Assembly: GCA_964434585.1 (NCBI GenBank)
Contig: CAYSVN010000003.1
Coordinates: forward strand, 1 to 41,508
Length of the DNA: 41,508 nucleotides
Source: an uncultured Candidatus Peribacteria bacterium
GTDB taxonomy: Bacteria > Patescibacteriota > Gracilibacteria > Peribacterales > Peribacteraceae
Reading direction: 5' to 3'
Shown here: positions 27,749 to 36,209 of the stretch, piece after piece
Layout: every line of letters starts with the position of its first letter
Position numbering within the stretch: position 1 is the first letter of the stretch
Notes under the pieces: generated by a model
What the model was told of the DNA's origin: nothing
Databases searched by the model: none
Seen by the model: the letters and a program-made list of their open reading frames with translations, nothing else
Program-made: the position numbers and the translations under genes

Positions 27749-30700
27749 TTATTGACCAGCAATAATCAGTATTAATCGAGAAATGATTGCCGCACCTTCT
27801 GCGCGTAATAATGATGAGCTTGAGCGTACCGTTCTTTGTCCGTTATTATTTTCTGAGTCGTCATCACCAAGGATAACACATTGATCACGTAGGGTATTAA
27901 AGTTTGTCGTTACTGTTAAGTCTGGCTGAATGTCAGAGAAGTAACTAAAACTATTGTCTACTGCGTCAAACTTCATAATATCCATAATAAGCTGAGCAAC
28001 TTCCATTCTTGAAACTGGCTGATGAATAGTTGTAGCATTATAAGAAGCTGCTAACTGAGACCCGGCTGTAATAGCGCCATCTTGGAATGGTACATACCAC
28101 AACTGTGGTGAGGTTTCTGCTACTACTTCTATATCTGCTACGGCAACAATCATCTTAAGGAAGTGAGCTCTTGTCATTACCGTACCTGGTCTAAATGTTC
28201 CATCAAGAGAGCCATCATCATTACGGAAGCCATTCAATGCTGTTTCTTCTGTACCATGCGCAATGGCTGCCATAAACCAATCTGGTTGCGATACATCGTT
28301 ATAGAAAATGTCTTTATTATTCATTGTAAGCTGCAATGTATTTTGCTCTGTAAACTGACGAGAGCCAACTGGAGGTTTAAATGTATCAAGACATTGATTA
28401 ATATTATTACTTGGTGCTACAACATTTTCTGGCGCAGTTGGACGACCTCCACCACCAGACGAACCACCACTAGATGCACCTGCTGTACTACCACCAACCG
28501 TAACAACAGATGATACTGCTGGACCTGATGGATCTAGAATACGAGCGTTAGAAACGGTATCTTCGTCGTCTCCATTATTATCTTGAAGGCCAAGGTTAAC
28601 AGTTGTTACGGCTGTGCCACCAATATTGGCAGTACTGTAAGTTACCGTGCCAATAAAGTCTGTGTATACACCAGTGTTACGGTTAATCTTACGCCATGTC
28701 CAATCAGCAGTATCATATACTTGATCTAAGTAGAATGTAACATCCGTTACTTGATCAAACCTTGTACAGTATAGTTCGAAATCAAAGAGTCCAATTGGAT
28801 AATTAAATGCTGATTCTTGAGCAACTTGGCTTGATTCAGAGCCAATGTCATAACCATCAATCACCTGACAGTTACCACCAGTTACCTCTAGAGTGGTAGG
28901 TTGGCTTGTTACAGGATTACTAATAGTTATTACAGCTGGCTGTTGACTATCTGGAATGCCATCATTGTTTCCATCGCCACCATTTGGTGCTACCGCTTCT
29001 TCTGTATCGTCAACCCCGTCACCATCACCATCGCCGATATTAGCAGTTACCGGTGTTGGAGCACTGGTATTACCAGCGCCATCATTTGCTACTACATTTA
29101 CCGTCTGGCCATTGGTTAAGTCTGGGCTTACATCACAAGAGAATTCTCCGGCGCCATCAGCAACTGTAGTGCAAAGAATATTACCAGTGGCTGGATCTAT
29201 TACTTGGATAATTTCATTTGGACCTGCGGTGCCTGAAACAGTCATACCTAATGTTGGATTCACTACTGGAGGTTCTACGTGGTCAGTTGAATCAATAACC
29301 GTAACCATTGTTGCAGGCGACTCATTACTTGTGCTTGGGTCTGTTGTTGTAACGTCTAGTGTGTCACCAGGATTTGGTGCAGGTACTACAGGACTACAAC
29401 TAAAGGTGCCATTTGGTAATACTGATGTTTGACATAGCACCACACCACCTGGGTTACTATAAACGGTTATAACATCGCCTGGGTTACCCGTACCAGTTAC
29501 TGGGTCACCAGTTGTTGGGTTTACAACTGGAGGTGCTGGAATAGCATCTGTAGGGTCGTCGATAACTGTTACTGTTGGATCACTGGTATTACCAGCTGGA
29601 TCTGTTGTGGTTACAGTTACGGTTGTTGGTGCTGTTAGTGGTAGTGATGTTGTGGTTACACAAGACCAGTTACCAGCAGCGTCTGCTACTACGGGGGTAA
29701 TATCGCAAGTGAGTGGTGAGACGTTAACAGTAGAACCTGGTTCTGCGGTACCAGTTACAGGGTCGGTTGTAGTAGTAATTGGATTAACCGTTGGAGGAGT
29801 TGGTGCGGACTGGTCAACGGTTAGCACTGCTGGAGCTGATGTTCCATTGGTTGTGGTTTGGATGACGTTTAATGTCTGACCATCAGTTGGTGCAGGGCTT
29901 ACTGGACTACATGAGAAGACTCCAGTGGTAGGATGTGCAGTTGTTGTACAAACTGTATTACTAGTGGCAGGATCAATAATAGTAATTGTAGCACCTGGAT
30001 TTGCAGTACCTGTTACAGGGTCACCATCTGTTGGGTTTACGGTTGGAGGTGTTGGTGCACCAGTAGCTGCATCGGTTACGGCTGTGGTTGTTGCGGGACT
30101 GGTTGCATTTGGAGCAAGGGTTGCTGTGGCAGAAACTGTGCTGCCATCTGTTAGTGGAGCACTGGTTGTGATATTACATGTCCAGTTACCAAGAGCATCT
30201 GCAATGACTGGGGCGTTATCACATGTTGGATTAACGCTAATTGTTGCACCAGGCTGAGCAGTACCGGTTACTTCTGTATCGTTATCATCTACTGGGTTAA
30301 TGGTTGGTGCATTTGTTGTACTAGCATCAGTAACTACTGTTGTGGTTGGATCACTGGTATTACCAGCTGGATCTGTTGTGGTTACAGTTACGGTTGTTGG
30401 TGCTGTTAGTGGTAGTGATGTTGTGGTTACACAAGACCAGTTACCAGCAGCGTCTGCTACTACGGGGGTAATATCGCAAGTGAGTGGTGAGACGTTAACA
30501 GTAGAACCTGGTTCTGCGGTACCAGTTACAGGGTCGGTTGTAGTAGTAATTGGATTAACCGTTGGAGGAGTTGGGGCCACTGAATCAAATAGATTTACTG
30601 TTACACTGTTGTCGATTGAGGTAGAAGCCGTATTGCTATTGCCTACAATATCTGTAACAACACTGCTTGCCAGTGTTGGTACAACTGTTCCGTCTGTTGT

Positions 30701-33700
30701 TGCTGTCGCAGTAATTTCGTATGCTGTTTGATCATTTGGTGAAACCTCATCTACTGAAGTACATGTAGCCGTAGCCGTACCTCCAATAGTCACATCTCCA
30801 CATATAAACGAGTCATTAAGAATCGGTTCTGAGAAGACAGCGGTAAATTTAACAATCTCCGTTGCTGTTTCTGGATCAGTTTGCCCATTGGCTTGCTCTA
30901 TTGTTATCGTTGGTTGAGAAGTATCTGCGACTGCAATAGCAAAGTAATCACCATGGTTAAAGTCTACTCCTAAAAATTTAACTTTATTATTGGCATAGGT
31001 GTACCCCGTAGTTGCTATATCAGAACCTGGATACACTGTTGCGTTAGTAAAGTCACCATCATCGGTATCAATTAAAAGAGCGTATTTATCAATCCCTTGA
31101 TCGGTTAACCCGAGTGCGGTCAAATCAAACTCGGCATCTACCGTGCCTAAATCACCGTCCTCATCTACTCGCCAAGCTCTGCCTTGCCGGGCATCGTAAC
31201 CAACTGGCACTTGTGTTGATGGTGTACCCACCGCGCCTCCATCATTACCAAAGGTCAGGGTTTCGTTCAGCACGTCATTACTACTCGGGTTATCAATAAA
31301 TAACTCGGCCGAATACATACTATTAATTTGGTTATTACCTCCACAGTCAGATGGCAAAATTCCAATCCCATTAATATTATCTATGTGTGGGGCTCCGTGG
31401 TTATAAGCATCGGCGATGCCTCCAAAATCTCGTCCGTATTTATCACCTAAATATGTATTTATTTGCTCAATTTCACAGTTATCAAGCGCTCGATTATACA
31501 GTAAAACTTCTGCAATTTGACCATCAAACGGTCCCCCGTCGCCATCCCAACCAACATGGAAATCAATACTTGAAGAAGAATTAAACTCTGTAAAGGTTTG
31601 AACTAAATCTCCATTAAAGTACACCTCTGATGCGTCGGTGATGCCAACACCGGCAAACTTAGAGGTCAACAAGTAAACCTCATCAATCGCCCCAGCGTCA
31701 GTCACTAAAGTAGCTCCATTTACGCCTCCTACAACCCCATCATCCACTCCATCAGCTCCTAAAGAATTGGCACCCCAAAAGCTGTAAAAAAATCTATCCC
31801 AGGTGCCATCATCATTCCCCCACACCGATTGTCCAGCCCCAAATGTTGAAGTTGTTTTTGGCTTGTAAACGGTAAAAACAGTTGACTCAGGCATGGCTGC
31901 CGGATCGGTATCCATACCACTTATTTCATAAACTGATCCCTGACCAGCACTGACACCATTAAATTTTAATACGGGGCGTCCGTTAATTAACTCGGCTGGA
32001 TCGGTTTCAAATATAGCGGCGTTTTGACCGGCCTTTTGAGTCGCATCTTCTGGTCCCGCTTTGTTTACCCAGGTGGCAACTCCTTCACCATCAGCCGGTT
32101 GATTAGCATCATTGCCATCGCCATCAATATCTGACGAATCAAGCCATAGTTGAATATTACTGGCAATTGACCCTGGAAACGCATTGGTATTAGTGGCTAA
32201 CGTAAAAAAGTCTCCATCGGTAAAATCAACCATACCTTCAAAATAATTCCCATTTAAGGTCAGCGTAATTTCTTGCTCACGTGCGGTCCTACTACCACTT
32301 GCAAAATTATCATCCACATCAACTAGTAAGTAAACATTGGTTTCATGCAGTGCTAATTTAGAACTATCAGTGGCCATACTAGATGGTACTCGTACAAATA
32401 CACTGCCTACCGTGCCGGTTTCTTGCGCTTGCCATTTTCGGTTCACCACTCGTCGGTTATTTGGTGCGCCGGTTGTCGTCCATATCGTTCCGCCGTCGTT
32501 ATTACTCCAAGTTAAAAAGTTGCCATCACCAAGTGAAGTTCGGCTACCGTCATTATTTGGCAACACAAAGTTATTAGTACTAGCGATGGTAATCAAACTA
32601 TCGTCATTAACTGATTTTGAAATTCTTTGATCTAGCGCAGATCCGTCATCTTGTCCGATACCAGCGATATCAAATTTGTAATTAGCGTTCTGCGAAGCAT
32701 CCCACATAATTGTTCCAGTGCTACACGTAGCATCCATACAATTTGAGCCAAAGTAATCAGTACTGGAGGTTTGATCAAGAGTAATTCCGTATTTTAGGGC
32801 GAGATAAGATTCAATTTTTTGCTGATCTAGGGTATTATTTGTATCAGAGTAAGCAATAACTTCTGCAATGCCTCCATGCCAAAAGCGAGGTATGCCGCCT
32901 GGTGCATGGTCGTCACCAAGTTCAACACCATTTGCAAAATTTGCTGCTGATGGAGCTTCTACGGTTAAAATATTTGGCATATTGTTATGAGCTGGATTTA
33001 CGGCACTGCTTCCGTTAAACCAACCTTCACCGCCATTACCAAATGCGTTGGGGTTTCCAGGCAGCTCCCAGTTATCACCATCTTGAGCTACAGTGCCGCA
33101 TGTTCGAATATTTTCATCATCAGCGGCTCGCTCTCCGAATGGTCCATCACAATTATCAGGATTGTCAGGAATCGTAACAATGCTCACTGTTTGGAGATCA
33201 ATTATATTTCCGTTCGCTAGTCTACGATCCGTACCATCTGGATTATCGATAGTTGGGTTAAAGTTTAAGCCACTCTCTCTATATAAATATGAAGCAGCTC
33301 CAACATCGGTAAAATCATAGCTACTCATAGATTGATCATTCCATGCTGTTGCATCCGTACCGTCACCAGTATTTGTCACTCCCTCATTAGCTTTTAACCA
33401 TAAATTAAGATTTGTGCCTACTCCACCTGGAGCGGCGGTAGCAGCCAGTGGCTTTGCTAATGTAAATGCATTACTTGGCAACTGAGCGTTGGTAACGGTA
33501 ATTTCTCCGTTAGCATCGAGCGCGCCTAAATCTGTAATAGTGCCAGTAGTAAAATCAGCACTGGTTGAACGGATAAGATGCCAACCGTCAGCAACGCCAT
33601 CAAAACCACTGAATTGAAGGTGAAGGTCATCTGCTGCACCGGCACCAAACTTTGTAATGTTCCATTCTTTACCAATACGCTCTTCAAACCCTGCAGGCAA

Positions 33701-34867
33701 CTCTGATGTTTGTGTTGTGGTAGAACCATTATTGTCAGAAAACATTACAAACTCAAGATCACTACCAAAAGCTGTCGTTCGACCGGTTGCAGTGTTTGCT
33801 GAAGTAAAGTCATCATCTAAAGCGACGGTTAAAATAGTTCCTGTATTTATAGAGGTGGAAACACGTTGATCTAAACCTGAAGCATCATCACGCCCTATTC
33901 CAAATGTATTAAAAGGAAAGTTGGTATTGCTGACTGCATCCCAAAGCGTTGTTCCAGCTGAGTTTTTATATGGTGCGCTATTATCTAAATCGATACCGTA
34001 TTTAAGTGCAAGATAACCTTCAATTTGTTGTAATTCTGTACTGGAAGGCGTGTCTTCGTACGCAATTAACTCTACCATGTCACCTCCAAAGTTTGGTGTC
34101 CATGTCTTATCACCTTTACCAGAACCAATGTATGTTACATCGTCAAGATTCATATCTACTGTTGCATGTAAGCCGTTTCCAGATACTGGTAACACCTCTG
34201 CATTTTTACGTATAACACCACCGGTACCACTTTTATACGCTGTTGCTAAATGCACTTGGTTTACAGAAAAAGAATTGGCATTAGAACGAACAGACGTATT
34301 ATTGTTTGCGGTAATATCTCCACTAGAAATAACAACTGCCTGACTATTACCAATACTTGAGTCATTTGGTAAACCAGCAGCAAATGTAACTCCCCTATCT
34401 GAACCATTAATGTTGAAGGCGGAAGACACTAATGTTCCCTCGTTTTGAATTGTTTTATAAATACTAACAAATGTATATTCCGTCGCACCATGTGAAAGAA
34501 GATCTTGGTTAAAAGAGAATTCATCATCGCTTCCATCAAAACGTACTACTGGATTAAAATTAACATTATCAATGTTATTATTACGATACGTTGGCATCCA
34601 ACTTCCTGTACCTTGCGTATAGACATTGCTCGTTAAAGAATCTGTCCAAGAAGCTAACGGGTCGGTGTCAGTTGTAGAGCTTGTCCCCTGGTCTGCCTTT
34701 AACCACAGATTTAGATTTGCACCGACACCACCTGGCCCAACGGCCATCGCTTGTGCGGTGGGCATGGTATCAAATAACGGTAAGGGCACTCCATAAAAAA
34801 TGCTAGATATCAAAATAGATAAACTAGCAACAAACGATAGTGTTTTTTTAAAAGTACGGGCAGACAT
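27749..34867 (-). CDS. Giant secreted surface protein: three LamG-like/DUF8202-type modules, Pro/Thr-rich Ig-like repeats, choice-of-anchor-U-like domain, Gly linker, SLH domains
   Basis: Signal peptide; PGGV..NLNLWLKA and IE.YLALKYGI repeated; P.VNP...PVTGT..PG..C....G..SC repeats; DGNNDGIPDSQQ..YPIGLFDF; SLH YNDV...WF and LRAEGAAII. Confidence 0.88.
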   Translation of the reverse strand: MSARTFKKTLSFVASLSILISSIFYGVPLPLFDTMPTAQAMAVGPGGVGANLNLWLKADQGTSSTTDTDPLASWTDSLTSNVYTQGTGSWMPTYRNNNIDNVNFNPVVRFDGSDDEFSFNQDLLSHGATEYTFVSIYKTIQNEGTLVSSAFNINGSDRGVTFAAGLPNDSSIGNSQAVVISSGDITANNNTSVRSNANSFSVNQVHLATAYKSGTGGVIRKNAEVLPVSGNGLHATVDMNLDDVTYIGSGKGDKTWTPNFGGDMVELIAYEDTPSSTELQQIEGYLALKYGIDLDNSAPYKNSAGTTLWDAVSNTNFPFNTFGIGRDDASGLDQRVSTSINTGTILTVALDDDFTSANTATGRTTAFGSDLEFVMFSDNNGSTTTQTSELPAGFEERIGKEWNITKFGAGAADDLHLQFSGFDGVADGWHLIRSTSADFTTGTITDLGALDANGEITVTNAQLPSNAFTLAKPLAATAAPGGVGTNLNLWLKANEGVTNTGDGTDATAWNDQSMSSYDFTDVGAASYLYRESGLNFNPTIDNPDGTDRRLANGNIIDLQTVSIVTIPDNPDNCDGPFGERAADDENIRTCGTVAQDGDNWELPGNPNAFGNGGEGWFNGSSAVNPAHNNMPNILTVEAPSAANFANGVELGDDHAPGGIPRFWHGGIAEVIAYSDTNNTLDQQKIESYLALKYGITLDQTSSTDYFGSNCMDATCSTGTIMWDASQNANYKFDIAGIGQDDGSALDQRISKSVNDDSLITIASTNNFVLPNNDGSRTSLGDGNFLTWSNNDGGTIWTTTGAPNNRRVVNRKWQAQETGTVGSVFVRVPSSMATDSSKLALHETNVYLLVDVDDNFASGSRTAREQEITLTLNGNYFEGMVDFTDGDFFTLATNTNAFPGSIASNIQLWLDSSDIDGDGNDANQPADGEGVATWVNKAGPEDATQKAGQNAAIFETDPAELINGRPVLKFNGVSAGQGSVYEISGMDTDPAAMPESTVFTVYKPKTTSTFGAGQSVWGNDDGTWDRFFYSFWGANSLGADGVDDGVVGGVNGATLVTDAGAIDEVYLLTSKFAGVGITDASEVYFNGDLVQTFTEFNSSSSIDFHVGWDGDGGPFDGQIAEVLLYNRALDNCEIEQINTYLGDKYGRDFGGIADAYNHGAPHIDNINGIGILPSDCGGNNQINSMYSAELFIDNPSSNDVLNETLTFGNDGGAVGTPSTQVPVGYDARQGRAWRVDEDGDLGTVDAEFDLTALGLTDQGIDKYALLIDTDDGDFTNATVYPGSDIATTGYTYANNKVKFLGVDFNHGDYFAIAVADTSQPTITIEQANGQTDPETATEIVKFTAVFSEPILNDSFICGDVTIGGTATATCTSVDEVSPNDQTAYEITATATTDGTVVPTLASSVVTDIVGNSNTASTSIDNSVTVNLFDSVAPTPPTVNPITTTTDPVTGTAEPGSTVNVSPLTCDITPVVADAAGNWSCVTTTSLPLTAPTTVTVTTTDPAGNTSDPTTTVVTDASTTNAPTINPVDDNDTEVTGTAQPGATISVNPTCDNAPVIADALGNWTCNITTSAPLTDGSTVSATATLAPNATSPATTTAVTDAATGAPTPPTVNPTDGDPVTGTANPGATITIIDPATSNTVCTTTAHPTTGVFSCSPVSPAPTDGQTLNVIQTTTNGTSAPAVLTVDQSAPTPPTVNPITTTTDPVTGTAEPGSTVNVSPLTCDITPVVADAAGNWSCVTTTSLPLTAPTTVTVTTTDPAGNTSDPTVTVIDDPTDAIPAPPVVNPTTGDPVTGTGNPGDVITVYSNPGGVVLCQTSVLPNGTFSCSPVVPAPNPGDTLDVTTTDPSTSNESPATMVTVIDSTDHVEPPVVNPTLGMTVSGTAGPNEIIQVIDPATGNILCTTVADGAGEFSCDVSPDLTNGQTVNVVANDGAGNTSAPTPVTANIGDGDGDGVDDTEEAVAPNGGDGNNDGIPDSQQPAVITISNPVTSQPTTLEVTGGNCQVIDGYDIGSESSQVAQESAFNYPIGLFDFELYCTRFDQVTDVTFYLDQVYDTADWTWRKINRNTGVYTDFIGTVTYSTANIGGTAVTTVNLGLQDNNGDDEDTVSNARILDPSGPAVSSVVTVGGSTAGASSGGSSGGGGRPTAPENVVAPSNNINQCLDTFKPPVGSRQFTEQNTLQLTMNNKDIFYNDVSQPDWFMAAIAHGTEETALNGFRNDDGSLDGTFRPGTVMTRAHFLKMIVAVADIEVVAETSPQLWYVPFQDGAITAGSQLAASYNATTIHQPVSRMEVAQLIMDIMKFDAVDNSFSYFSDIQPDLTVTTNFNTLRDQCVILGDDDSENNNGQRTVRSSSSLLRAEGAAIISRLILIIAGQ
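29574..30574. repeat. Identical 230-bp intragenic direct repeat (29574-29803 and 30345-30574)
   Basis: Base-by-base reading shows no mismatches; offset 771 bp (257 codons, in frame). Confidence 0.9.
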
Positions 34868-35185
34868 AATGTTAGGGGGAATACAGGTGTAACTATAAAT
34901 ATAGTTATTTACTTTATTTTAAAGCACTATCACTAACTCTACGAATAGATTGGATTGCATAACTAATTAGTTCATTGTTTGGTATGCCTAATTTCACTAA
35001 AATTAGTTCTTCCATTAAAAAAATCACCTATTTAAGATGGTTGATGGTGAAGCCCATTAACTGCCGACCGAACCTAATTTTGGTGTCGAGCTTGTTGTAA
35101 AGAATGGAAACCCCTAAACAAGTCCTCCAATGAAAATTTACCATCAACTGTTCGGCCTCTTATGGAGTCGAACCACTTCTTGTAA

Positions 35186-35434
35186 TTATCTATTTGGTAC
35201 TAATCGCCTATATCTAAATGTTGTACCTAATCCTGATTTTAGATACTTCTCAAATAGTATAGCTTGTTTTTTTGTTAGGAATGAACAAGCAAATTTTAAT
35301 TCCCATGGTTTATATTTGGATGTAGATTGCACCTCACTATTATTATATTTTTGTAATCTTTTTTCTATATTAATAGTTGATCCAACATACTGTCGATTTT
35401 CTTTATTTTTAATAATGTAAACATAATGCCACAT
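35186..35434 (-). CDS. Small GIY-YIG nuclease family protein
   Basis: YVYII...YVGST.NIEKRL...N, T.KYKPW.L, A..FEKYLKSG.G; very AT-rich. Confidence 0.88.
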   Translation of the reverse strand: MWHYVYIIKNKENRQYVGSTINIEKRLQKYNNSEVQSTSKYKPWELKFACSFLTKKQAILFEKYLKSGLGTTFRYRRLVPNR

Positions 35435-35504
35435 AACGGATTAGTATATTATATTTTTACTATCTATTACAATATATTTTAAAAAAATAAAACTACTTAT
35501 ATTT

Positions 35505-35585
35505 GGTTAGCTAGCCGTAGCAAGGGTTTTTACACTACTGGCAAAAGCCCTTCTTTGTTCGCTGGACGAACTACGGATGACAACC
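35505..35585. repeat. Palindromic REP-like element between tRNA-Ala and the GIY-YIG gene
   Basis: Outer arms GGTTAGCTAGCCGTAG / CTACGGATGACAACC enclosing hairpins AAGGG..CCCTT and GTTCG-ctgga-CGAAC. Confidence 0.55.
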
Positions 35586-35597
35586 TCTTGCAGAGAT

Positions 35598-35674
35598 TGG
35601 TGGAGATACGGGGACTCGAACCCCGGACCCCCTGCTTGCAAAGCAGGTGCTCTAGCCAACTGAGCTATATCCCC
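35598..35674 (-). tRNA. tRNA-Ala (TGC)
   Basis: GGGGATATAGCTCAGTTGGCTAGAGCA-CCTGC-TTTGCAA-GCAGG-...GGTTCGAGTCCC...CTCCACCA; canonical cloverleaf with encoded CCA. Confidence 0.98.
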
Positions 35675-35712
35675 ACGTTATGGTTGTCTAAGTAAAAAGC
35701 AAAGACCGCAGT

Positions 35713-35741
35713 ATTGTAAATTGACTGCGGCCTGGTTGCAA
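35713..35741 (-). promoter_or_regulatory. Putative sigma70 promoter for tRNA-Ala, overlapping a hairpin
   Basis: Minus strand TTGCAA, 17 bp spacer, TACAAT; overlaps the CCGCAGT/ACTGCGG stem at 35706-35730, which is followed by T-rich sequence on the minus strand. Confidence 0.6.
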
Positions 35742-35757
35742 GGTTGTTTTACTATTT

Positions 35758-36171
35758 TTAGTTTGTTCGGGCAGTAATGACTTCTCCTCCTTCGGCAAAC
35801 ACTGCACTTACTGTAACTTGGTTATCGCTACCTTTAGCTACACTATAACCTGTTTCCCAACCATCGGAAGCAACATCCATTGGAATTTCTTTAATGTAAA
35901 GGCCTGATTTTGTAAGCTCTTCGCTAAAGTCGCGACATCGTTGGATGTCATTTTCTTTCACAACTCCTTGCACCTTAAGACAACCAGGGTATGCACCATT
36001 ATCGTAAACAAAGTTATAAATAGCATCTCGTAATTCTATAACGTTAGCTGCGCGTACTTCATTTCGAGTGGTTGCACCTTGGTTATTGTAAAACCAAGAA
36101 GCTAGGAACAATAGAATGGCTACGGCAAGTAGAATAACAAGGATTTTTTGACTGAAAGCAGGTTTTTTCAT
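35758..36171 (-). CDS. Small type IV pilin/pseudopilin-like protein with a degenerate prepilin motif
   Basis: MKKPA|FSQKILVILLAVAILL, helix ..ELRDAIYNF..DNG.YP, Cys pair, IP.D....TGYSV.....VTVSA..AE. Confidence 0.7.
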   Translation of the reverse strand: MKKPAFSQKILVILLAVAILLFLASWFYNNQGATTRNEVRAANVIELRDAIYNFVYDNGAYPGCLKVQGVVKENDIQRCRDFSEELTKSGLYIKEIPMDVASDGWETGYSVAKGSDNQVTVSAVFAEGGEVITARTN

Positions 36172-36209
36172 AATAATAAAAGGAATAAACTAAGAGATAA
36201 CGTTATAAA

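Noticed and set aside
29574-30574. Diversity-generating retroelement TR/VR pair
   Set aside because: The copies are identical with no adenine-specific mismatches, both lie mid-gene, and no reverse transcriptase is in the window.
8859-34343. Numerous 60-230 aa ORFs antisense to or overlapping the giant genes
   Set aside because: Shadow frames of Thr/Gly/Ser-rich coding sequence with no motifs; the same applies to those inside gyrB, the H1-like gene and the pilins.
35030-35160. Fluoride riboswitch, tmRNA, SRP RNA, RNase P RNA or 6S RNA
   Set aside because: Only short resemblances; diagnostic motifs such as GCUGAUGAC, the SRP GGAA/GCAGC loop and GAGGAAAGUCC are absent.
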